In this document: piece by piece, positions 18,953 through 28,047 of the stretch
How positions within the stretch are numbered: position 1 is the stretch's first letter
Layout of the letters: the number at the start of each line of letters is the position of its first letter
Assembly: GCA_045633405.1 (NCBI GenBank)
Contig: JAZQYD010000090.1
Coordinates: 12,268 to 76,267 of the forward strand
Reading direction: 5' to 3'
Length of the DNA: 64,000 nt
DNA from: Eubacteriales bacterium
GTDB lineage: Bacteria > Bacillota > Clostridia > Oscillospirales > CAG-272
Program-made: the position numbers and the translations under genes
Notes under the pieces: model-generated
Seen by the model: only the letters and a program-made list of their open reading frames with translations
Database searches by the model: none
What the model was told of the DNA's origin: nothing

Positions 18953-20749
18953 TCATTGATTTCTTTTACGCTTCAGAATTTCATTTAAGCTGTCTATGCT
19001 ATCTGTATTCTTCGCTGATTCCTTCTCGCGAGATCGCTTTAACGAGGAGATACTCTCAAGCAAAACCTCGTCGCCGTTTGTGGTTAACTGCATCCTGGCG
19101 ATCTTCATTTTCGATATTCTTCCAACCTCATCCTCTGAGAACACCTCATTCATACCAGTGAAACGGGTGTCACCGTTTTCATAACACGTGCGGATATATT
19201 CAAATATCCTCCGGTTGAGATCGGTAAAGAAATCGTCGCTTGAAAGCAAATTTTCCGTGAATACACGTTTTCTGTGATCTTCATATAACAAAAGAAGACC
19301 GAGAACGTTCTCTTCATTTCTTGCAACTATCGGGGCCTTGATAAAATCGGGGTTGGTTCTATCGGCATACCCGATACTCTCACGCTTGACTCTATCATCC
19401 TCGCCTCGCTTTTGCTTAGCGATGTTTTTAGCAATCATTCTGTCAACGTCCGAACGAATTCCATCAATGCTAACGCTAAGCCTCGATGCAACTGTTTTGA
19501 TGTAAACATCACGTTCTGCCGCAGAATAAACCGAGGATATCAGATTTACAAGCTCTGAAATTGCATTTATTAAATCCTGCGGAAGATTTATGTCATATTT
19601 AGAAAGAATGCTCTCAAGGTTATATTCAAACTTGCTTTTGGCACCGTTAATAACTTCCTTGAACTTCTCTACACCGTATGTTTTTATATATTCATCGGGG
19701 TCCTTGGCACCGGGAACCGAAAGCACCTTGACCTCAAGTCCGACCTCCTCCAAAAGCTGCAGAGCACGTGTTGCGGCCTTTTTTCCCGCCTCATCGGCAT
19801 CGTAGGAAATGATAACCTTATTGGTATATCTGCTCATCAACCTAGCCTGCTCTGATGTAATCGCAGTACCGAGTGTTGCCACAGCGTTGCTGATACCTAC
19901 GGCATGTAAAGCAATTACGTCCATATATCCCTCGCAAAGGATAAGACATTCCTCACAGGCATGACGAGCAAAGTTAAGTGCAAACAAATTCCTTGACTTT
20001 TTGAATACCGGAGTATCCGATGAATTCTTGTATTTTGGCGTTGAGCCGTCCATTACTCTTCCGCCAAAGGCAATTACGTTACCCGCCACGTCAATAATCG
20101 GGAACATAACTCGGTTACGGAAGGCATCAAAATACGTTCCTCGTTCACTCTTTCCGCACAGGAAGCCCGCTACAAGCTCATCATATGTATATCCCTTCGC
20201 CAGCATATACTTAGAGAACTTGTCAAAGCTGTCGGGTGCAAATCCGAGACCAAAATGCTTAATCGTAGCGACGGAAAGCTTTCTTTGCTCAGTAAAATAG
20301 CGGAGTGCGGATACAGAATCGGGATTGTCGGAAAACAGACACGCATTGAAATAACGTGCAGCATCCTTATTCATCTGATAAAACCGTTCCTTGTTATACT
20401 TCGGCTTATTGGTATAGCCGGAGTCATCCGACTCGAGGACGGTAATACCCGCCCTTTTCGCCAAGAAGCTCACCGCATCGGGATAATCAAGATGCTCTAT
20501 TTTCATAGTAAAGCTAATCTGATCTCCGCCTGCACCGCATCCAAAGCAATAAAAGCTGTTATCCTGAGGATATACAGTAAATGAGGGAGTTTTCTCACTG
20601 TGGAATGGGCACAAGCCCTTTAACCTTGAGCCCGCCCGCTTTAACGAAACGTATCCGCCGATAAGCGTTTGAATATCAGTTCTTATTAAAATCTCTTCAA
20701 TTGTTTCACGGCTGATCAACTCCATCACCTCGCTTTCGTGTTTTTCCAA
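18953..20749 (-). CDS. dnaG: DNA primase
   Basis: Zinc-ribbon CPFHSEKTPSFTV...CFGCGAGG and TOPRIM EGYMDV. The start is ambiguous: TTG at 20749 or ATG at 20725. Confidence 0.93.
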   Translation of the reverse strand: MEKHESEVMELISRETIEEILIRTDIQTLIGGYVSLKRAGSRLKGLCPFHSEKTPSFTVYPQDNSFYCFGCGAGGDQISFTMKIEHLDYPDAVSFLAKRAGITVLESDDSGYTNKPKYNKERFYQMNKDAARYFNACLFSDNPDSVSALRYFTEQRKLSVATIKHFGLGFAPDSFDKFSKYMLAKGYTYDELVAGFLCGKSERGTYFDAFRNRVMFPIIDVAGNVIAFGGRVMDGSTPKYKNSSDTPVFKKSRNLFALNFARHACEECLILCEGYMDVIALHAVGISNAVATLGTAITSEQARLMSRYTNKVIISYDADEAGKKAATRALQLLEEVGLEVKVLSVPGAKDPDEYIKTYGVEKFKEVINGAKSKFEYNLESILSKYDINLPQDLINAISELVNLISSVYSAAERDVYIKTVASRLSVSIDGIRSDVDRMIAKNIAKQKRGEDDRVKRESIGYADRTNPDFIKAPIVARNEENVLGLLLLYEDHRKRVFTENLLSSDDFFTDLNRRIFEYIRTCYENGDTRFTGMNEVFSEDEVGRISKMKIARMQLTTNGDEVLLESISSLKRSREKESAKNTDSIDSLNEILKRKRNQ

Positions 20750-20798
20750 ATATAATATACGAAGAAAAAAGGCGAAACCCTTTTTATTTTATGAAAAA

Positions 20799-21419
20799 TC
20801 ATAAAAAATCGTATTTTTCGCCAATTATTTCTATTTCAATACGTCCCGATGATACCTGAACCAATGATTCGCGTAAGGGATCGGTATTTGTTTTTACAGT
20901 TTTTCCGGTTATTTCCACGTTGTCCGAGTAGGCTGTATCCGTAACAGTGAATCCATGCTCTGCAAAAATAGGTCCAAGCTTCTGATAATCGGAATACGAG
21001 CACGTGAATTTAATTTCAGTATAAACGTCATACGTGATAATTTCCGATTCAAGAAGTGCTCCCTGTGCTGCGGCAGTATAAGCACGAACAAGACCACCCG
21101 TTCCCAGAAGTGTGCCTCCGAAATAACGTGTAACCACAAGAACAACGTTTGTGCACCCACGCTTTCTTATCACGTCAAGCACCGGCATACCTGCAGTACC
21201 CTGAGGCTCACGGTCATCGGAAAATCTCATAATAGAGTTCTCCCTCAAAACGTAAGCATATACGTGATGATTAGCGTCAGGATATTTTTTCCTTACGTGT
21301 TCAATAAATGCTATTGCATCCTCTTCGCTCTCGACGGGATACGAGTCACCTATAAATAAGGATTTTCTATCCTCATATTCAAACGAAGCGGGATAATGTA
21401 TGGTAGTATAGCTATCCAT
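20799..21419 (-). CDS. yigZ: YigZ/IMPACT family protein
   Basis: DDREPQGTAGMPVLDVI motif. Start set at ATG 21419 (MDSYTTIHY), which has a GGAG RBS and lies 1 nt after the hflX stop. Confidence 0.8.
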   Translation of the reverse strand: MDSYTTIHYPASFEYEDRKSLFIGDSYPVESEEDAIAFIEHVRKKYPDANHHVYAYVLRENSIMRFSDDREPQGTAGMPVLDVIRKRGCTNVVLVVTRYFGGTLLGTGGLVRAYTAAAQGALLESEIITYDVYTEIKFTCSYSDYQKLGPIFAEHGFTVTDTAYSDNVEITGKTVKTNTDPLRESLVQVSSGRIEIEIIGEKYDFL

Positions 21420-21420
21420 T

Positions 21421-22674
21421 TTATACTCCGATGAGATATTTTTCAAACTTTCCTAAGCCCTTAGAATCCAAGACTGCCTGGATTTTTATTCCATTATCGG
21501 CATATTCGACATTTTCTACGCTGTAATTTGAGTAGAGAACGTTTACAAGCCCCTGCTCGGAATACGGAATAAGTATTTCGACTCTTCTTTTGGATTTAGA
21601 GATGATTTCATCTATCACGTCAAGAAGTGCTTCAATTCCCTCACCCTCACGTGCAGAGATTCTGACAGTATTCTCATTCACTCTTCCGATGACTCCGTCT
21701 TCTACCGTATCACATTTATTGAAGACGTATACAGCAGGCTTATCCGATGAATCAAGCTCTTTAATAATCTCGTTTGTAACAGCAAGATGCTCGTCAACCT
21801 CGGGGTCATTAGCATCAGAAACAACAAGAAGGATATCGGCGAATCTCACCTCATCGAGAGTGGACTTGAATGCCTTTACAAGGTGATGAGGAAGCTTTCT
21901 TATAAATCCTACCGTATCTGTAAACAATGCACTTACACCGCTCGGAAGCTCCGTTTTTCTCGTTGTGGGATCAAGGGTGGCAAAAAGCTTGTCCTCGCAC
22001 AATACTCCCGCATTAGTTAGTTTGTTGAGCAGGGTCGATTTTCCTGCGTTAGTATAGCCAACAAGTGCTATTTTAACAAGACCGCTCTTATCACGCTGTG
22101 AACGCATTATAGCACGGTTATGCTCAAGCTCCTCGAGCTTTCTCTCCAGCATGACAACACGCTCATGAAGATGACGTCTGTCCGTCTCAAGCTTGCTCTC
22201 TCCGGGACCTCTTGAGCCAATTCCACCGCCTTGTCTAGAAAGCTCTAAGCCCTTACCTGTCAGACGCGGAGCGGTATATTTCAGCTGTGCGAGCTCAACC
22301 TGAAGCTTTCCCTCAGCACTTACTGCGTGCAAGGCAAAAATATCAAGGATAAGCATACTTCTGTCAATTACTGTAACATCGTCTATGTCACCCTCAAGAT
22401 TACGAATCTGAGCCGGAGTGAGCTCAAAATCAAAAATCACAAGCTTAACGTCATTATTATGGCAAAGCTCTTTGATTTCCGAAACCTTACCCTTACCTAT
22501 ACAAGTACGAGGATCAAACGAATCCTTAACCTGCACAACCTTGGCATAGCATTCTCCTCCCGCAGTATCGAGCAGCCTTTCGAGCTCATCCAAGCTTCGA
22601 TAGCACTCATCTACGTCAGAGGTACGCTCTGCGATTGTTACCAGTATAGCTTTACCCTTTATCTCGTCCGACAT
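21421..22674 (-). CDS. hflX: GTPase HflX
   Basis: HflX N-domain, G1 GYTNAGKST, G3 DTVGF, G4 NKCD. Confidence 0.9.
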   Translation of the reverse strand: MSDEIKGKAILVTIAERTSDVDECYRSLDELERLLDTAGGECYAKVVQVKDSFDPRTCIGKGKVSEIKELCHNNDVKLVIFDFELTPAQIRNLEGDIDDVTVIDRSMLILDIFALHAVSAEGKLQVELAQLKYTAPRLTGKGLELSRQGGGIGSRGPGESKLETDRRHLHERVVMLERKLEELEHNRAIMRSQRDKSGLVKIALVGYTNAGKSTLLNKLTNAGVLCEDKLFATLDPTTRKTELPSGVSALFTDTVGFIRKLPHHLVKAFKSTLDEVRFADILLVVSDANDPEVDEHLAVTNEIIKELDSSDKPAVYVFNKCDTVEDGVIGRVNENTVRISAREGEGIEALLDVIDEIISKSKRRVEILIPYSEQGLVNVLYSNYSVENVEYADNGIKIQAVLDSKGLGKFEKYLIGV

Positions 22675-22690
22675 AAAAACCTCCCTGAAA

Positions 22691-22739
22691 AAAGAAAAAA
22701 AGAGCGTGTGTCAATTAAGACTACCAAACGCTCTTTTTC
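22691..22739 (-). terminator. Terminator after rpmE
   Basis: AGAGCGT / ACGCTCT stem with a T-run on the minus strand (plus-strand A-run 22691-22700). Confidence 0.55.
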
Positions 22740-22748
22740 CGGCAAAGA

Positions 22749-22952
22749 TTACTTAACCTTAGCAAGACGCTTCTTGAACTTATCAACACGTCCGCCGGCA
22801 TCTACAAATTTCTGCTTACCTGTATAGAAAGGATGGCACTTAGAGCAAATTTCCACGTTGAGATCACCCTTAACGGAGTGAGTGGAAACTACGGCGCCAC
22901 AAGCACATCTGATAGTAGCCTCTTTGTACTCGGGATGAATTCCAGCTTTCAT
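22749..22952 (-). CDS. rpmE: 50S ribosomal protein L31 (zinc-binding type A)
   Basis: [11 protein letters not shown]...CACG...[10 protein letters not shown]. Start set at ATG 22952. Confidence 0.9.
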   Translation of the reverse strand: MKAGIHPEYKEATIRCACGAVVSTHSVKGDLNVEICSKCHPFYTGKQKFVDAGGRVDKFKKRLAKVK

Positions 22953-23050
22953 TTTAACACCTCTTAACATTTAAATCTTTTCATTACGATTGATTATAAC
23001 ATATATTTTCCGGTTTTGCAATACCTTTATCGAATTTTTTCGAAATTTCT

Positions 23051-23761
23051 TTAAATTTTTTTCTCAATCTTTTTCTTAAGCCTTACCATTATCTTTTTTT
23101 CGAGCCTGGATATGTAGCTTTGGCTTATCCCGAGAGCGTCTGCGACCTCCTTTTGTGTAAGCTCACTCTCGCCTGAGAGACCGTACCTCATTTCGATAAT
23201 AACTCTCTCCCTGGGGTTCAGATCCTTAACCGCCTCTCTGACTATATTCTTCTCTTCATCCTCCTCCATACCTTTAGAAACAACGTCAGCGTCGCTACCC
23301 AGTATATCAGACAGCAAAAGCTCGTTTCCGTCCCAGTCAACGCTTAAAGGCTCATCGATTGATATCTCACGTCTTTGTGAGGATGCCTTTCTTACAAACA
23401 TGAGTATTTCATTTTCGATACATCTTGATGCATACGTTGCAAGCTTGATGTTTTTATCGGAATTGTAAGTAGATACAGCCTTCATCAGTCCAAGAGCACC
23501 TATTGATATCAACTCCTCAATATTCGCCCCTGTGTTCTCGAACCTCTTGGCTATATACGCAACCAGACGCAGATTATGCTCGATGAGGACACACTGTGCC
23601 TCATGAGTATCGATCTTTGAGATCATTTCCTCCTCCGTTTCCTTATCCAGAGGCGGTGGGAGAGTATCGTTGCCGTTAACGTAGAAAAGCTCACGAGACC
23701 TGAATATTCCGATAAATCTCTTGAACCGGTCTGTCACTCTTTGAAACACGTTAAATACCAT
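23051..23761 (-). CDS. sigE: Sporulation sigma factor SigE (pro-sigma-E)
   Basis: YVNGNDTLPPPLDKETEEEMI pro-region junction, LIEHNLRLVAYIAKRFENTGANIEELISIGALGLMKAVSTYN, KLATYASRCIENEILM. Lies directly downstream of spoIIGA. The start is uncertain; ATG 23761 was chosen. Confidence 0.85.
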   Translation of the reverse strand: MVFNVFQRVTDRFKRFIGIFRSRELFYVNGNDTLPPPLDKETEEEMISKIDTHEAQCVLIEHNLRLVAYIAKRFENTGANIEELISIGALGLMKAVSTYNSDKNIKLATYASRCIENEILMFVRKASSQRREISIDEPLSVDWDGNELLLSDILGSDADVVSKGMEEDEEKNIVREAVKDLNPRERVIIEMRYGLSGESELTQKEVADALGISQSYISRLEKKIMVRLKKKIEKKI

Positions 23762-24620
23762 CCTGCATAACAGAGCTCGGTAATAAAGCATCATAGCCAC
23801 CGAAGCTTCCCTCCTCCTTATCAATAGCCAGCGTTACCATAACCTCATCCTCGCCGTCAGGTCCTATAATCGACACCTTATCTGTTCTGACCCCCGTCAT
23901 AACGTGTGTTTTACCGTTACGTGTTACGGGGATCAACCGTATTCTCTTTCTAAAATGACCGCCAAGGCCATCAATATTAGATAATTCGACAACATTCATA
24001 GGAAGCAATCTTTTAGCCGCCGCTTTCTTTACAAACAAAACGGGACACATATTCATTGGATCTCTGACGAGGTTTCCGCTATCCACAAGTGCATCAAGCT
24101 CCTCGCATTTTCCTTCAATTTCAATTCTCAGCCTAACCGATCTCACAAATCTATCTCCTCCCAAAACCATAATCAAAAGCTTAAGCACTCCGATCACAAA
24201 CAAAATCAGCACAGAAAGCGTTATCAACTCCCGGCGTTCCGCTACATTTGAGTCTCCGATGAAAAATTCTGACATATATCTTTCTATTAAGAGGTAGCCG
24301 TAGTACACACCACCGCCAATAAATACCTCAAAGAAAAGAAATGCTATCATAAATTTTGTTCTTCTTTTCAAAGATGCCCCCCGTGCAATCATCATACCCG
24401 ATAAAGACAAAAGAAGAACGAGAGAAGCGATTCTCATAATTATCGGCGGATTAATAATAACGTCGAGGACAGCCAGGATGCCGCCAATCGTACCGATAAA
24501 CACAAGCCGTCTGATCGAAGAGTGCATATGTAAGGCCTTGGCAGCAAAATATGCAGACAAAACATCCACCGTCAGGTTAATGAAAAAATAGACGTCTATA
24601 TAAACCGTAGTCAAAAGCAT
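23751..24620 (-). CDS. spoIIGA: Sigma-E processing aspartic peptidase SpoIIGA
   Basis: Five N-terminal TM helices and the catalytic LVDSGNLVRDP motif. The ORF-track start at 24698 lies inside the mrp terminator hairpin, so I use ATG 24620 (a TTG at 24614 is also possible). Confidence 0.8.
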   Translation of the reverse strand: MLLTTVYIDVYFFINLTVDVLSAYFAAKALHMHSSIRRLVFIGTIGGILAVLDVIINPPIIMRIASLVLLLSLSGMMIARGASLKRRTKFMIAFLFFEVFIGGGVYYGYLLIERYMSEFFIGDSNVAERRELITLSVLILFVIGVLKLLIMVLGGDRFVRSVRLRIEIEGKCEELDALVDSGNLVRDPMNMCPVLFVKKAAAKRLLPMNVVELSNIDGLGGHFRKRIRLIPVTRNGKTHVMTGVRTDKVSIIGPDGEDEVMVTLAIDKEEGSFGGYDALLPSSVMQDGI

Positions 24621-24675
24621 CACCTCGAAATTATTGTAGCATAGACAAAGCGTATAAAATGTCATAAAAAGTAAG

Positions 24676-24718
24676 CAAAAAAATAAAAGGTACCGCATTT
24701 TTATCTATGCGATACCTT
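24676..24718 (-). terminator. Terminator after mrp
   Basis: AAGGTACCGCAT / ATGCGATACCTT stem with a long T-run on the minus strand. Confidence 0.6.
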
Positions 24719-24733
24719 TATGACAAATATAGA

Positions 24734-25558
24734 TTAAACAGTAAGCTTCTTCTCGATGTAATCCGCACAAGCCTCGAGATAATCACCCTCGAAGAGCTCA
24801 ACTACGCCCTTATCGGAAACCGATGCAAGCTCGGGATCAATAGGAAGCTCAGCAAGAACTCTCGTATTATGAGCTTCAGCAAGCTCACCAATCTTGCTCT
24901 TACCGTAAGGACGGATGACCTTACCGCAGTCAGGACAAACAATATAGCTGTAATTCTCAACCAAGCCGAGGACGTCAATGTCCATCAGTGATGCCATATT
25001 AACAGCCTTCTCGACTATCATTGAAACAAGCTCCTGAGGGCTGCTGACAATGACGATGCCGTCAAGCGGTAAGCTCTGGAATACGGTAAGAGGAACGTCA
25101 CCTGTTCCGGGAGGCATATCAACGAACATGTAATCTACTTCGTTCCATACAACCTCGCTCCAGAACTGCTTAACAGTTCCTGCAATAACGGGTCCACGCC
25201 ATACTACGGGACGAGTCTCATCCTCTACAAGAAGATTGATGCTCATTACCTCTATTCCGGTCTTGGTAACAGAGGGGAACATTCCGAGCTCACTTCCCTC
25301 AACCGTGCCGGGCTTAAGACCGAATGCCTTGGGGATTGAGGGACCGGTTATATCGGCATCAAGAATCGCTACCTTATAACCTCTTCTTTTCATAGTAACA
25401 GCCAAAAGAGAGGTTACAAGTGATTTACCAACGCCTCCCTTGCCGCTCACAATTCCGATAACGTGCTTAACGTTGCTCGCCTTGTTCTGGGGAGCAAGCA
25501 TAGATTCCTTGGAGCACTTCTCGGAGCAATTTGCACAATCGTGCGAACAACCTGCCAT
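24734..25558 (-). CDS. mrp: Mrp/NBP35 family Fe-S cluster carrier ATPase
   Basis: Cys-rich N-terminus CSHDCANCSEKC, deviant Walker A SGKGGVGKS, CPDC motif. Confidence 0.85.
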   Translation of the reverse strand: MAGCSHDCANCSEKCSKESMLAPQNKASNVKHVIGIVSGKGGVGKSLVTSLLAVTMKRRGYKVAILDADITGPSIPKAFGLKPGTVEGSELGMFPSVTKTGIEVMSINLLVEDETRPVVWRGPVIAGTVKQFWSEVVWNEVDYMFVDMPPGTGDVPLTVFQSLPLDGIVIVSSPQELVSMIVEKAVNMASLMDIDVLGLVENYSYIVCPDCGKVIRPYGKSKIGELAEAHNTRVLAELPIDPELASVSDKGVVELFEGDYLEACADYIEKKLTV

Positions 25559-25574
25559 TTTTATTCTCCTATAA

Positions 25575-27860
25575 TTAAATATGATCTAACCTTAACTCGT
25601 CATTTTGAGAAGTGAGCGATATGCCGATTATTCTTTCAGGATAAACCGACAAAATAAGCTCAGCAAGCTTATCCTCAACGTTACGCTCAATATATCTTCT
25701 CATATTTCTTGCACCGAACTTTTCCGAGAAGGATTTTCTCGCAATAAGCTCAAGTGACTCGCTTGAATACTTGAATTCAATACCCTTTTCAACAAGATGA
25801 TTCTTGGTTCTGCCAAGCATTATATCAGCAATCTTAACAAAATCATTCACATCAAGGTGTCTGAAGGTAATTATTTCATCCACACGGTTAATGAATTCGG
25901 GACGGAGAAATTTACCGAGTGCCTTATGAACTCTATCCTCATCCACTACGTGCTTATCCTCCGCAAAGCCCGAGACAGAGCTTGATTTTTCGCTTCCCGC
26001 ATTAGTAGTCATTATTATGACTGTGTTAGCGAAGCTGATATCTCTTCCCTGAGCATCGGTCAATCTGCCGTCATCGAGAATCTGCAAAAGAATATTCATA
26101 ACGTCCGGATGTGCCTTTTCTATCTCGTCGAACAGAATAACGGAATACGGACGGCGTCTTATCTTCTCGGTGAGCTGACCTGCTTCATCGTAGCCAACGT
26201 ATCCGGGAGGCGATCCAATTATTTTGGATACCGAGTGCTTCTCCATAAATTCAGACATATCAAGCCTGATAAGAGAGTCGGGCTGCTTGAAAAGATCATC
26301 TGCGAGCACCTTAACAAGCTCGGTTTTTCCAACACCGGTAGGACCTGCGAATATCATAGATACAGGGCAATTTCTGTACGAAACACCCGTTCTCTTTCTC
26401 TTTATCGCTCTGACAACGGCACCGACAGCCTCATCCTGACCGACAATACGGGCAGAAATACGATCCATAAGCCCCGTAAGGTGCTCAAGATCCTCAACGC
26501 CAAGATCGGATGCGGGAATTCCCGTCCAGGTCTCTACCACATTTAAGAGATCCTTTACGGTAACCGTTAGGCGAGATACTATCGTTTTAAGCTCATCAAG
26601 ACGGGTTTCTACCCTCAGATATTCCGTTTTCAGATCTGCTGACTTCTTGTAATTATCCTCAGTCTGGCCCTCGGGTGTCTCAAGCTTTGCCTCAATATCT
26701 GCCATTGCACTCTTGATTTCATCAAGCTGCTTTGACTTAATGCGAAGCTCATTAAGCTCGGGAGAATTGAGTGCTACCCTGGCAGATGCCTCGTCAATCA
26801 AATCGATCGCTTTGTCGGGGAGAAATCTATCATTAATATATTTCTCGGACAAAATTGCAGCTGCACGGGCGGTATCGTCAGTTATGGTAAGACCGTGGAA
26901 GCCCTCATAATATTTCTTTATTCCCTTTATAATCTCAACCGTTTCATCAACCGAGGGCTCATCAACCTTGACGGGCTGGAATCTTCTCTCAAGAGCGGCA
27001 TCCTTTTCGATATGCTTTCTGTACTCCTTAAGAGTAGTAGCACCTATGACTCTGATTTCGCCTCTAGACAACGCAGGCTTCAGCAGGTTTGCAGCACTCA
27101 TGCTACCGTCGGAGGTTTCACCCGCTCCTGCTATATTATGAACCTCATCAATCATAAGAATGATGTTTCCTGCGGCTTTTATTTCCTTGAGAAGTGTGAG
27201 TATCCTTGACTCAAACTGACCTCTGAACTGTGTACCCGCCACAAGAGACGTAAGATCAAGAAGCCATATCTCAAAGCCAAGAAGAGGAGCAGGAACTCGT
27301 CCTTCTACTATTCTCGATGCAAGCTCCTCGGCAATTGCTGTTTTACCTACACCGGGCTCACCTATCAGGCAAGGATTGTTTTTCTGCCTTCTTGAAAGAA
27401 TCTGAATAATCCTGTCGATCTCACGGTCACGCCCGATAAGCTTATCTATCTTGCCCAGTCTCGCCTTTTCGTTAAGATTGGTGCAATATGCGTTAAGAGC
27501 CTTATTTTCAGGACCCTTTTTCTCGTTCTCGGGGCCTTTTTTCTTATCCTTTCCCTTGGGGTTTCCGGGCATCATGCCGAAAAGCTCAGAGAGATTGAGA
27601 GTAGGAACCTTACCGTCTGCGAATGCATCGGCATCGTCATCCATCAGCTCGGGCAGATTACTCTCAAGCCCCTGGAGCATCGCATCCATACCCTCCTCGT
27701 CAACTCCCATGCGTTCAAGCATATCGCTGACAGGCTTTATGCCAAGCTCACGGGCACAGACGAGACATATCCCCTCATTAATACTTTTTCCCTGCTCCAG
27801 CCTCGTAATAAAAACCATAGCAGGTCGCTTTTTACATCTGGCACATTTTTGCATATTCAT
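25575..27860 (-). CDS. ClpE-like class I AAA+ Clp ATPase (N-terminal zinc ribbon instead of Clp_N repeats)
   Basis: N-terminal CARCKK...CLVCA. Two AAA modules (GEPGVGKTA; GPTGVGKTE) with a short coiled-coil middle region, and a VSGF loop in the position of the ClpP-docking tripeptide. Confidence 0.8.
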   Translation of the reverse strand: MNMQKCARCKKRPAMVFITRLEQGKSINEGICLVCARELGIKPVSDMLERMGVDEEGMDAMLQGLESNLPELMDDDADAFADGKVPTLNLSELFGMMPGNPKGKDKKKGPENEKKGPENKALNAYCTNLNEKARLGKIDKLIGRDREIDRIIQILSRRQKNNPCLIGEPGVGKTAIAEELASRIVEGRVPAPLLGFEIWLLDLTSLVAGTQFRGQFESRILTLLKEIKAAGNIILMIDEVHNIAGAGETSDGSMSAANLLKPALSRGEIRVIGATTLKEYRKHIEKDAALERRFQPVKVDEPSVDETVEIIKGIKKYYEGFHGLTITDDTARAAAILSEKYINDRFLPDKAIDLIDEASARVALNSPELNELRIKSKQLDEIKSAMADIEAKLETPEGQTEDNYKKSADLKTEYLRVETRLDELKTIVSRLTVTVKDLLNVVETWTGIPASDLGVEDLEHLTGLMDRISARIVGQDEAVGAVVRAIKRKRTGVSYRNCPVSMIFAGPTGVGKTELVKVLADDLFKQPDSLIRLDMSEFMEKHSVSKIIGSPPGYVGYDEAGQLTEKIRRRPYSVILFDEIEKAHPDVMNILLQILDDGRLTDAQGRDISFANTVIIMTTNAGSEKSSSVSGFAEDKHVVDEDRVHKALGKFLRPEFINRVDEIITFRHLDVNDFVKIADIMLGRTKNHLVEKGIEFKYSSESLELIARKSFSEKFGARNMRRYIERNVEDKLAELILSVYPERIIGISLTSQNDELRLDHI

Positions 27861-28012
27861 TAAATTACCTACTTAAACCTTAATCTGATAAGGACCGTGT
27901 AAGCGATCCATATACTTTTAAACTAGCGTCATATTTAATATCGACATATCATCCGATATATATTTATGACCCAAGCGTACGAATAAATGCGACGTCAAAA
28001 TTTAACCATCTA

Positions 28013-28041
28013 ATTATACAACATGTATTATTTAAAGTCAA
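28013..28041 (-). promoter_or_regulatory. Candidate sigma-A promoter of the ClpE-like gene
   Basis: Minus strand reads TTGACT, 17-nt spacer, TATAAT, directly after the dnaE stop. It implies a 5' UTR of about 150 nt. Confidence 0.5.
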
Positions 28042-28047
28042 GTCGCA

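Noticed and set aside
17906-18988. 360-aa plus-strand ORF antisense to rpoD. Similar long antisense ORFs occur at 16804-17703 (opposite the lipoprotein), 7530-8288 (opposite Gfo/Idh/MocA), 55032-55616 and 55660-56373 (opposite ftsZ), 61451-62200 (opposite metK), 5504-6058 (opposite rpsF) and 30907-31563 (opposite dnaE).
   Set aside because: All lie opposite genes with unmistakable conserved motifs. Their translations are low-complexity (Ser/Leu/Ile/Cys-rich) with no recognisable motifs or RBS. They are typical shadow ORFs.
27861-28047. CtsR operator in the leader of the ClpE-like gene.
   Set aside because: Only isolated GGTCA/TTTGAC-like half sites are present. There is no tandem GGTCAAA-N3-GGTCAAA heptad repeat.
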